Positions 29,586 through 39,284 of a stretch of DNA of 64,000 bases are shown in pieces. The position numbers and the translations under genes were made by a program. The stretch lies in NCBI GenBank assembly GCA_965226375.1, contig CBDDCX010000007.1, forward strand, positions 1 to 64,000, given 5' to 3'. The notes under the pieces are model-generated. The model saw nothing but the letters and a program-made list of their open reading frames with translations, did not search any database and was not told where the DNA came from. Origin of the DNA: Longimicrobiales bacterium. GTDB taxonomy: Bacteria; Gemmatimonadota; Gemmatimonadetes; Longimicrobiales; Gaopeijiaceae. The number at the start of each line of letters is the position of its first letter. Position 1 is the first letter of the stretch.

Positions 29586-30652
29586 AGGGGGTATTCCCTT
29601 AAGTCCACCGACCCCAAGATATAGTGGTTACCGGGGCTCTGCGGGCCGTTTCCCACGTCCGGTGCCGAGGTAAAGGGCCGAAGCTGGCGTGGGAGCACAC
29701 TGAACAGCCTGCTCAAGCAAGCGGTAGAACAACAGGCCGCGAGCCCGGGATGTGCGTCGGTTGAAGCGAAAGGTGAACTCGTCCAGATAGTAGGGGAGGT
29801 GTTCGCGGGCGATCCCTCCTTGGAGGGTTCCGAGGACCCAGCGCTTGAGGAGAGACGCCACCCGATGTACGGCCGACATGAGCACGTGAGCGGGATCGCC
29901 GGAGGTCGAGAGGTTCGTGACCGTGTGGCGAAAGCCCAGTTTGGCGAGTCCCTGATAGCTTGGCCATCCGTCGGTATGCACCGTGCTTGCCGGTGCGATG
30001 CTATCCTTGACGAAGCCTCGCAGAACCGGAGCGGAGAGGTCGGGCACCCAACGCAGCCGTATTCTCCCGATCTTGCGTCCGTCGACCTCGGCGGCGATCG
30101 CGACGATGGCCTTCTTGATCGTCTCGCGGCCCCGCACTCCAGCCTCCACGCCCCCGACATAGCTCTCGTCCACTTGCACAACGCCGCTCAGCTGGTCGCG
30201 ATCCGGTCGGACCATGGCCCGGCGGAGCTTGTGGAGCCAGACCCACGCTGTCTTGTAGCTTCCCAGTCCGAGCACGCGCTGGAGCCCGAGAGCATTGGCT
30301 CCGTATTTCTGGCTCGTGAGCTCCCAGGCAGCGAGAAACCACAGACGCAGGGGCGAGCGCGTGCGGTGGAACACGGTTCCCGCCAGCACCGAGGTCTGCC
30401 TTCGACAGTGTGGGCAGACGAGACGCCCCCGCGATGCTCGCCAGACCTCTCCCAACCCGCCACAGCCCACGCACACAAACCCTTCCGGCCAGCGCAGACC
30501 CTCCACGTACTCCAGGCATGCCGCATCGTCGGGGAAGAACTCGTCCAACTCCAGCCGCGTACGGGGATAGTCCACGCCGCCACGGAGCTGAGAAGCCGGA
30601 ACCGCCATGACCACAACATGTAGTGGGCGGTGGACTTAAGGCAATACCCCAT
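29586..30652 (-). mobile_element. IS1595-family element, copy 2 (1067 bp)
   Basis: Same TIRs as copy 1; 8-bp target duplication TGTCAGTA (29578-29585 and 30653-30660). Confidence 0.97.
29628..30614 (-). CDS. IS1595-family transposase (intact)
   Basis: 328 aa; zinc ribbon, HTH and DDE motifs. Confidence 0.95.
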   Translation of the reverse strand: MVMAVPASQLRGGVDYPRTRLELDEFFPDDAACLEYVEGLRWPEGFVCVGCGGLGEVWRASRGRLVCPHCRRQTSVLAGTVFHRTRSPLRLWFLAAWELTSQKYGANALGLQRVLGLGSYKTAWVWLHKLRRAMVRPDRDQLSGVVQVDESYVGGVEAGVRGRETIKKAIVAIAAEVDGRKIGRIRLRWVPDLSAPVLRGFVKDSIAPASTVHTDGWPSYQGLAKLGFRHTVTNLSTSGDPAHVLMSAVHRVASLLKRWVLGTLQGGIAREHLPYYLDEFTFRFNRRTSRARGLLFYRLLEQAVQCAPTPASALYLGTGRGKRPAEPR

Positions 30653-31271
30653 TGTCAGTATAACCTTGTTCGCTCCTCTGGAGCCTCGCTGCCCAGAGTC
30701 AACAAGGGCCTCCGACCCTTCACGCACGACGTACTGTCCGTGAGGCATGCCCAACTTCGCTCCCAAGACATCATCTACAGCCAACACGGGCGTATCTCCG
30801 TGCCGTGCCACCGCCCGCGTCGTATCCAAGACCGCGACATGGCTCGCACCGATGCGCCCGATCTCCTTGAGCACATCCCGCCAGTCGTTGTTCGCCCTCT
30901 CGATCCTCTCGGCGATGATGCGAGACAGTTCTTCGTGTCGAATTTTCCGGGTCTGTCCTCTGTAGCGGTAGTAGATTTCACCGTCCTTGACGTCGCCTTG
31001 GTTCTTCTTCGCAACGACAGGCTTTTGTGAAGACTCCTCAACGCGAAAAACGCCGAATGACTTGTCCTCAACCTCGACCACCTCCGCTTCCCAGTCGATT
31101 ACGGGGGCAAACAGGCTAAGCAGGGGCTCCGTGATTCTCCGGGGATCGATACTGCTGAAACGTTCCAGGGCCGACTCACTCAGTCCCGTGGGGCGCCGTG
31201 GGGAATCTTCGACCCCAAACAGGATGTAACCACCCCGGTTGTTCGCAAAAGCAGCAAAGTCGCGAAAATAC

Positions 31272-32280
31272 GAAGCTGTCCCAACCGTAGTTGAAGGTTC
31301 CTGATAGGGGAGAAAGAAAAGTGGTGGCTCCGGGGGTCCCGGGCCGATAGGCTCGGGTAGGCAAAAACCCCAACACGGAGCCACCACGATGAAGAGAACA
31401 TACGAGGTAAGGGATCGGGCGGACAAGCGCGCGATCAGGGAGTTCCTGAAGCGGGAGGGGCAGTTTCTGCTTCCGATGCTTGAGCTCGTGGAGCAGACGG
31501 AGGTCGCGATCGACGAAGTCATCCAGGTGATGGGACGAGCGACGATCGAAGCGGTGCTGGAGATGAGCGCCGAGGGTGTGGCAGGCGTGAAGCAGGCAGG
31601 TCGGTCACGAGCGGAAGACGACACGGTGTGGTATGGCCGGCAGGGTGGTGTGGTTTACCTGTCGGACCGGAAGGTGCGTGTGGAGCGGCCACGGCTCAGG
31701 CGCCGGGGCGCCGGGGAGGGTGGCGAGGTCGAGGTGCCGGCGTACGCAGCGATGCGGAGACCGGGCGCCGTGGCGGATCGGATGCTCGAGGTCCTGATGG
31801 CGGGGGTGAGCACGCGGAAGTACGGCCGTGTGATCGGTGAGATGGCCGACACGGTCGGGGTGAGCAAGTCGGCGGTGAGCCGTGAGACGGTCGAGGCCTC
31901 GGAGCGCGTGCTGAAGGAGCTGATGGAGCGCCGGCTGGATGCGTGGGACCTCCTGGTGATCTACCTGGACGGGATCCAGATGGGCTCGCACCACGTGCTT
32001 GCTGCGGTAGGCGTGGACTCAGACGGAAAGAAGCACGTGCTGGGCGTGAGGGAAGGAGCGAGTGAGAACGCCGAGGTGACCAGCGCGCTCCTAGAGGATC
32101 TGGTCGAGCGCGGCCTGGACCCGGGCAGGCGGCGGCTGTTCGTGATCGATGGCTCGAAAGCGCTCAGGAAGGCGATCGAGAAGGTGTTCGGCCAACGTCA
32201 CCCCATCCAGCGCTGCCGCAACCACAAGCTCCGCAACGTGCTGGGTCATCTGCCGAAGGATCAGCATCCTCAGGTGAACA
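31272..32280 (+). mobile_element. IS256-family element, 3'-truncated (transposase starts at 31389)
   Basis: Terminus GAAGCTGTCCCAACCGTAGTTGAA; GVSTRKY, IYLDG, GVDSDGKKHVLG, FVIDGSKAL, QRCRNHKLRNV; similarity ends after DQHPQV. Confidence 0.9.
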
Positions 32281-32299
32281 TAGGATGTGGTACTACTCT

Positions 32300-32524
32300 T
32301 GGGGGCAGGTCAGGCACGGCCAAGAGCAGTTCAAGGCTGGCAAGATCCAGATCCCGCGACGCCGTTAGTGCCGCACTCACCTCCGGTGGAAGGCGATCGC
32401 CTGCTGCTTCCCAACATGCCGCAGCACTCATCGCAGACTTGCCAGGCTTCCAGTGCAGGTCAGGTTTGGCGAGCAACCGCTTCCAGTCCGCTCCCGTTTC
32501 CGTCGGAGCAACAATACGTTTCAT
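32300..32524 (-). pseudogene. N-terminal fragment of a DUF6946-like (nuclease-like) protein
   Basis: DWKRLLAKPDLHWKPGKSAMSAAACWEAA...LELLLAVP; GGAG RBS; cut at the IS256 junction. Confidence 0.6.
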
Positions 32525-33289
32525 GGTTTAGTCTCTCCTGGACTGTCCGTCCTACCCCCCTGGCACGTGAGCGATGGGACGGCGTCGCGCGGGTGTTTGC
32601 CGCTAGACCGCGTCGTGCCCTGCGACTCCCACGTACCAGACGGGGCTACGCCGAGATCCGGGGAGGCACGGGGAGCGACGTAGGACGAGATCGACCTGGA
32701 GGCCCGCGAGTGGCGCCTTGCAGGCGACCCTATGAATACGTTGTTGAAGCGCGGTGGATGAGTAACGCGACCGCCATGGTCCGCATGAGTGCGGTGTGAT
32801 TCGTCGGCGTGAATATCACGAGCGTCATGGGCCAGTCCAGCGGTTAGGCAAGAGCGAAGCTCAAGTGGCTCGGACTCGCCGAGAAGATCATCCAGAACGT
32901 CAAAGCCGGCCTCGAAGGCTTGCGGGCGGGGCCCTGGGGCCGGACTCAAAACTGGATGGGGTGAGGCGATGCGTGTAATCTCCTGTGTGTAGGCCCGTTC
33001 GGAGAGAGCAACTTTAACCAAGACGCCCGCAATTTCCGAGACCGCTGAAAAGGCTAAGAGCCTCTTCGAGAGCCCGAAGCCATACCACCCAGCTGCCCGC
33101 CTGACGTTGCCTGTATTGGTGCGTCAGGCTAGGGCCTCTGAGACAATTCAGTACAGTGCCGTGGCCGCCGAGGTGGGCGTTTCCGGCCCACGGAACATGG
33201 GGTATCCGCTCGGATCGATCGGGCAGACCCTTCTCGAATTGGGCCGCCGGTGGCGCCAGACAATCCCTCCGATTCAGGCTATCGTGGTG

Positions 33290-34356
33290 AGGGGGTATTC
33301 CCTTAAGTCCACCGACCCCAAGATATAGTGGTTACCGGGGCTCTGCGGGCCGTTTCCCACGTCCGGTGCCGAGGTAAAGGGCCGAAGCTGGCGTGGGAGC
33401 ACACTGAACAGCCTGCTCAAGCAAGCGGTAGAACAACAGGCCGCGAGCCCGGGATGTGCGTCGGTTGAAGCGAAAGGTGAACTCGTCCAGATAGTAGGGG
33501 AGGTGTTCGCGGGCGATCCCTCCTTGGAGGGTTCCGAGGACCCAGCGCTTGAGGAGAGACGCCACCCGATGTACGGCCGACATGAGCACGTGAGCGGGAT
33601 CGCCGGAGGTCGAGAGGTTCGTGACCGTGTGGCGAAAGCCCAGTTTGGCGAGTCCCTGATAGCTTGGCCATCCGTCGGTATGCACCGTGCTTGCCGGTGC
33701 GATGCTATCCTTGACGAAGCCTCGCAGAACCGGAGCGGAGAGGTCGGGCACCCAACGCAGCCGTATTCTCCCGATCTTGCGTCCGTCGACCTCGGCGGCG
33801 ATCGCGACGATGGCCTTCTTGATCGTCTCGCGGCCCCGCACTCCAGCCTCCACGCCCCCGACATAGCTCTCGTCCACTTGCACAACGCCGCTCAGCTGGT
33901 CGCGATCCGGTCGGACCATGGCCCGGCGGAGCTTGTGGAGCCAGACCCACGCTGTCTTGTAGCTTCCCAGTCCGAGCACGCGCTGGAGCCCGAGAGCATT
34001 GGCTCCGTATTTCTGGCTCGTGAGCTCCCAGGCAGCGAGAAACCACAGACGCAGGGGCGAGCGCGTGCGGTGGAACACGGTTCCCGCCAGCACCGAGGTC
34101 TGCCTTCGACAGTGTGGGCAGACGAGACGCCCCCGCGATGCTCGCCAGACCTCTCCCAACCCGCCACAGCCCACGCACACAAACCCTTCCGGCCAGCGCA
34201 GACCCTCCACGTACTCCAGGCATGCCGCATCGTCGGGGAAGAACTCGTCCAGCTCCAGCCGCGTACGGGGATAGTCCACGCCGCCACGGAGCTGAGAAGC
34301 CGGAACCGCCATGACCACAACATGTAGTGGGCGGTGGACTTAAGGCAATACCCCAT
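33290..34356 (-). mobile_element. IS1595-family element, copy 3 (1067 bp)
   Basis: Same TIRs; 8-bp target duplication TCGTGGTG (33282-33289 and 34357-34364). Confidence 0.97.
33332..34318 (-). CDS. IS1595-family transposase (intact)
   Basis: 328 aa; translation identical to copy 2. Confidence 0.95.
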   Translation of the reverse strand: MVMAVPASQLRGGVDYPRTRLELDEFFPDDAACLEYVEGLRWPEGFVCVGCGGLGEVWRASRGRLVCPHCRRQTSVLAGTVFHRTRSPLRLWFLAAWELTSQKYGANALGLQRVLGLGSYKTAWVWLHKLRRAMVRPDRDQLSGVVQVDESYVGGVEAGVRGRETIKKAIVAIAAEVDGRKIGRIRLRWVPDLSAPVLRGFVKDSIAPASTVHTDGWPSYQGLAKLGFRHTVTNLSTSGDPAHVLMSAVHRVASLLKRWVLGTLQGGIAREHLPYYLDEFTFRFNRRTSRARGLLFYRLLEQAVQCAPTPASALYLGTGRGKRPAEPR

Positions 34357-35002
34357 TCGTGGTGAACAAGGCGGATGGGCTCCCCGGTGTTGGGGTCGCC
34401 CACTTCACTCCAGACGCAAAGGTCTTCAAGAGCGCCACTCGTCAAGAGAAGAGGCGCATCGTGCTAGAAATCCTCCACGAAGTATTCACCTATCGAGACT
34501 GGGACCGCGTCCTCCGCGCCCTCGGCCTGCAGCCGCTGTCGACACCTGAATTGCCTCCGGTCGATACGATCGCGCGAAGGGGTGGTGGCGAAGGACCGGA
34601 GCACTTGGCGCTGAAGCAACTGATCTCCGAGTGCCCGCACAGCGTCGGTGCCGAAGGCATGACCCCTGAGGTCGAGGCCTCGCTCCATTCCGGCGATTTC
34701 GTCGATGTGCTCTTCCGCGGCCGGCGTCGCGTGCTGGCAATCGAGGTCAAGGGGGAACAATCCGCGAACGATGACGTCGTGCGCGGGCTATTCCAATGTG
34801 TCAAGTATCAGGCTGTGCTGGATGCGCAGGCGAAAATAGAAGGCGTACGGATGGACGTCGCGGCTGTGCTGGCGCTCGGTGGGCGCCTTCCGGATAATGT
34901 GCGCGCGATAGCCAATACCCTTGGCATCCAGGTCATAGATCAACTCAGCGGGCCGTGACCCACCCGACTCACTAGGACGTGCGACTAGGGTGTGGCGAGG
35001 GC

Positions 35003-35220
35003 ACTCTGACGGGCAGGAGCCGGCGCTCGATGCCGAGTGCCTCGAACGCGCGGACCTCCTCAGGCTCGGTCGGGAGCCACGGCAGGCCGAGGTGCTCGAG
35101 CACGTAGTCGAGCGAGAGCAGGCACCGCAGGAGCACTTCCTCGGAAGCGGACCGGCGGTCGCGGATGTCTTCGGCGCCGAGCGCCCGGTAGATCCGCCGG
35201 GCGAAAATTCGGCAGCTACC
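35003..35220 (-). pseudogene. Internal fragment homologous to the 19733-20581 protein
   Basis: CRIFARRIYRALGAEDIRDRR...LLSLDYVLEHLGLPWLPTE...FEALGIERRLLP. Confidence 0.85.
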
Positions 35221-35242
35221 CCCAAGCGGTGATAGGGTCTTC

Positions 35243-35841
35243 ATGACATCGGGTGATTTGCTGGCTCGCTTCAGCGGACTCAAGATCTGGAGCGCCAATG
35301 GCCAGCGTGCCCCGCACAAACCCCTCCTCGTATTGTGGTCAATCGGGCGTTGTCTCAGAGGCGAGGGACGCATGGCGTCCTACAGGGATGCTGACAAGGA
35401 ACTGACCAAGCTTCTGCGCAGTTTCGGCCCTCATCGAAAATCCGTTCATACGGAGTCCCCGTTCTGGCGTCTACAGAATGACGATGTGTGGGAAATCGGA
35501 GACTCTAATCGCATCACCGTGGGGCCGGGAGGAAACGCGCACAAGAGTTCGTTGCTCCGGTTGGACACCCACGGCGGTTTTCCAAAAGCGATACACACTG
35601 CACTGCACGAAAACGAAGAGCTTGCAGTGCAGATTGCTACTTCGCTGGTGGACGCCCACTTCCCGTCCACTGTTCGAGATGAAGTCTTACGGGCAGTCGG
35701 TATAGATTCAGGTTTTGAGTACTCACGCCGTAGGCTCCGCGATCCCTCATTCGGGCCGGCGGTGCTGACGGCCTACGGTTATCGATGTGCTGTGTGCGAG
35801 TTCGCGCTCCGATTGAACGATAAACCAGTCGCTCTTGAAAG
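35243..35841 (+). pseudogene. SBD-HNH (phosphorothioate-dependent-type) restriction endonuclease, HNH domain truncated by IS3-like element
   Basis: GQRAPHKPLLVL, SPFWRLQNDDVW, RDPSF...VLTAYGYRCAVC; ends at ALE just before the expected AAH of the HNH motif. Confidence 0.85.
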
Positions 35842-36517
35842 GTGTGGTCCTGGGATATCACGCGGCTGCTCGGGCCGAAGAAGTGGAGCTATTACTACCT
35901 CTACGTCATCATGGACATCTACAGCCGCTACGTCGTGGGCTGGATGGTGGCGGACCGGGAGAACTCGGCCCTGGCCGGCCGGTTGATCCAGCAGAGCTGC
36001 CTGAAGCATGGCGTCCAGCCCCGGGTCCTGACCCTGCACTCGGATCGGGGAACTCCAATGACGAGCCAATGCACCGCTCAACTTCTCGCTGACCTCGGCG
36101 TGACCCGCTCGTTGAGCCGGCCTCAGGTGTCGGATGACAACCCGTTTTCCGAGGCTCAGTTCAAAACCTTGAAGTACCATCCCTCGTTTCCCGGACGGTT
36201 CGGGGATCAGGGCCAAGCCAAGACGTTCTGTCGATCGTTCTTCCGCTGGTACAATGCCGAGCACCGCCATGGCGGCATCTCGATGCTAACCCCCGAGCAG
36301 GTCCACTTCGGGAACGCCGATCAGGTCATTGCCGGCAGGAAATCCGTGCTCCGCGAAGCATGGGCCGCTCATCCCGAACGCTTCGTCAGAGGTGTGCCGA
36401 ATCCCAAACCGCTCCCGGAGGCCGTCTTCATCAATCCTCCCATCCCTTCCCTCACCACACAGGACATTGCTCTCTAATTAATCCCGTAGAGTGTCCCATT
36501 GTCGTTGACAGGTTCCG
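35842..36517 (+). mobile_element. IS3-like element, 5'-truncated (related to 16039-16965)
   Basis: VWSWDITRLLGP...DDNPFSEAQFKTLKY...FINPP; end GTGTCCCATTGTCGTTGACAGGTTCCG. Confidence 0.88.
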
Positions 36518-37491
36518 GAGTTCCAGCAGCTCCTCGTTCCCCTCCACGTCCAGGAACGTGTCCCACTCCAGGAAGTAACCTTCCGGATCGTACCCGACGA
36601 ACGTGCTGACCCGGCCACTCTCTTCGGAGAGCTCCTCCGTCCGGAACTCCAGGCCCTCGACCTGGTGCATGTAGTCGAACCACCCTTCCACGTCGTCCGT
36701 GAAGAACGAAACCGTCACGCTCTTTTCGTCGGTGGATTGATGGAGACCACGCTCTCCGTCGACGAGTCCGACGTAACCGGCGGACGAGACGGCGAAGACC
36801 TTGGCCCAACCTTGATCCACGATGATGCCGTGGCCGAGTGTCTCGCGATAGAATCGCTCCATACGCTCCATGTCGCGGTAGTAGAGCCAGAGAACCGTGG
36901 CCTGGAGGCCCAGATCGGCGGGCCGGCTGGTCTCGACGCCGGGGGCAGGATACAGCACTTCGACTTCGGCCAACACAGGCATCAAGCGCTCGTTCTCGGC
37001 GTGAGGGTTGAAGCGCTCGAACTCGAGCAGGTAGCCCTCGGGGTCGATGGCCACAAACCCGTCATGCGGGCGCCCCTCGGCAGGCCGGACTCGGAACGCA
37101 TGGGTACGCCCCGGGAACTCAAGTAGTCGCACCAGCCCTCTACCTGCTCCGTGACGAAGGCGAGTGTCACCGTCTTGGGCTCGTCCGTGGAGTGCATGCC
37201 GTCGGCCGCGTTCACCAACGTGATGTATGAAGACTCGGCCACGCGCAAGATCTTGGCGAAGCCGTAGTCGACCACGGTATGGAGGCCCAGCGTTCCCGAG
37301 TAGAATGCCCAGGCGGCGTCCACATCGTCGTAGTAATAGAAGACGTTGGTCGCCAGAACCGCAGGAGGTCCGGTCACAGACGACTCCTCACCGGATGCTC
37401 CATCCCCGGACGGTGGCTCACCCGGCTGACAAGCCAGAGTGAGGAGCAACACGAGGGCCGCAAGGCACGGCATCGCACGAAGAGTCGTCAT
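36518..37491 (-). pseudogene. Tandem VOC/glyoxalase-domain lipoprotein; frameshift near 37090 and C-terminus clipped by the IS3-like end
   Basis: Lipobox LTLA-C; two repeats (FYSGTLG...DYGFAKI...DPEGYLLEFE and FYRETLG...DQGWAKV...DPEGYFLEWD). Confidence 0.8.
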
Positions 37492-37685
37492 CGAAGATCC
37501 TAATCCTCCTGAAGAACCAGCAGATCCGGGATCGCGGCTAGCAGCCGCCGAGCACGGCGGCCAACGGCCGCCAAACACGGCGGCCAGCGGCCGGGCTGAC
37601 AGGATAGAGGGGGAGCGGCTCTGGTGAAAGCCGTGAGCACCCCGCAGACTGTCTCAAGTGAAGCCACGCACGGAAGAGACGGCCA

Positions 37686-39271
37686 TTGACTCATTCGGAA
37701 CCTGCCCCGGTGAACACGCCGGCCCCCGGCTCTGCGGCCGATCTTCCCATCACGTACAACGCCGCCGACATCCTCGAGCGAAACGTCGCCCGTCATCCAC
37801 ACAAGGATGCGCTCCACACGGAGGACGGGGTGCTCACCTTCCAGGCCGTATCCGAGAGCGCCAACCGGGTCGCGCACGCCTTGAGTGCCATGGACGTCCA
37901 GGTCGGAGATTGTGTCGCCATCCTTTGCCTCGACACTGCCGAGTGGGTAGCCACGTTTTCGGTACGCTGAAGTGCGGAGGAGTCGCGGCGGGCATGAGCA
38001 CGCTGCTGACGCCAGGCGAGATCGGGCTCATCCTCAACGACAGCCGGGCAAGGGTGATCGTGGTGCATTCCGTGCTCCTGGCCGGACTTCAGGAGGTGCG
38101 CCCCGAATGTCCGTGCCTCGAACACGTGATCGTCGTCGGCGGGGACGCGCCCCACGGAGATGAGGCGTTCGAGGAATGGGTCGACGGGCAGTCGTCTACG
38201 TTCGAAACCGCTTCCACGCAACGCGACGACCACGCCACCCTCAATTACTCCAGCGGTACGACGGGCAAACCGAAAGGCATACTACACGCTCACAAGGACC
38301 TGGTGCTCACCGCGGAACTCTGGGGGGCCAGGACGCTGGGTCTGACCGAGTCCGACCGGACCTTCTCACTGGCCAAGCTGTTTTTCACCTTCGGCCTCGG
38401 GGGCAACCTGCTCTTTCCTTGGCATGTGGGCGCGTCGGCCGTCCTGTACTCGGGGAGCCCGCGCCAAGCGACCAACGTTCTGGCGGTCATCGATCGCTTC
38501 CGCCCCACCATTCTGTTCAATGCACCCACGGGCTACGCCTCCGCCCTGGCGGTGGACGATCTCACCGATCGCTACGACCTGTCCTCGCTGCGCCTGTGCG
38601 TGTCGGCGGCGGAAGCCCTTCCCGCACCCTTGTGGCAGGCCTGGAAGGACCGGACGGGCCTCGACATCCTCGACGGCATCGGGTCGACGGAGAACTTCCA
38701 CATCTTCCTGTCCAACCGCCCGGGAGATATCCGTCCCGGCAGCTCCGGCAAGCCTGTCGAGGGCTACGAGATGCGCATCGTGGACGAGGACGGCTCACCG
38801 GTTCCGCTCGGGGAGGTGGGCAACCTCCACGTGAAAGGCGAGACGGCCGCTCGCTCCTACCTGAACGATGCGGAGCGGAGTCGTGAGAGCTTTCTGGGAG
38901 ATTGGCTCAACACGGGGGACAAGTACTACGAGGACGAGGACGGGTACTTCTGGCACGCGGGGCGGTCCGACGACATGCTCAAGGTCGGAGGCATCTGGGT
39001 CTCGCCGGTAGAGGTGGAGAGTACCCTGATCGGCCACGACGCCGTGTTGGAATGTGCCGTAGTTGGTATCGCCGACGACGCCGGTCTCATCAAGCCCAAA
39101 GCTTTCGTGGTGCCTGCTCCCGGCTTCGAACCTTCGGAGGAGACGGCCGAGACCCTGGTGCGGCACTGCACGGACTCCATGTCGGCCTACAAGCGGCCTC
39201 GCTGGATCGAGTTTCTCGAGGAGCTGCCCAAGACCGCGACGGGGAAGATCCAACGCTTCAGGCTGCGTTGA
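37686..39271 (+). CDS. Benzoate-CoA ligase family acyl-CoA synthetase; single-base frameshift near 37958
   Basis: YNAADIL, YSSGTTGKPKG, AKLFFTFGLGG, DGIGSTE, TGDKY, GRSDDMLKVGG, LPKTATGKIQRF. Confidence 0.9.
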
Positions 39272-39284
39272 GCTTGATCTCACC

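Larger units (their letters stand above)
29287..31271 (-). pseudogene. Schlafen/AlbA_2-domain protein with extra C-terminal domain; interrupted by IS1595 and N-terminally cut by IS256
   Basis: DFAAFANNRGGYILFGVED, IYYRY; removing the IS and one TGTCAGTA copy restores the frame ...NKVILTIPEKLTEAYPYAAMEM...IYNDAAVEFI. Confidence 0.85.
33014..34958 (+). pseudogene. wHTH plus PD-(D/E)XK endonuclease, interrupted by IS1595 copy 3 (start uncertain)
   Basis: LPVLVRQA...IQYSAVAAEVG...PPIQAIVV|NKADGLPGVG rejoins in frame; EGPEHLALK...SGDFVDVLF...AIEVK...RGLFQCVKY. Confidence 0.8.

Noticed and set aside
30188..31624. 478-aa ORF as a single gene
   Set aside because: Chimera of IS256 antisense sequence, the AlbA_2 segment and IS1595 sequence
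29586..34356. Composite transposon formed by IS1595 copies 2 and 3
   Set aside because: Each copy has its own 8-bp target duplication, so they are independent insertions
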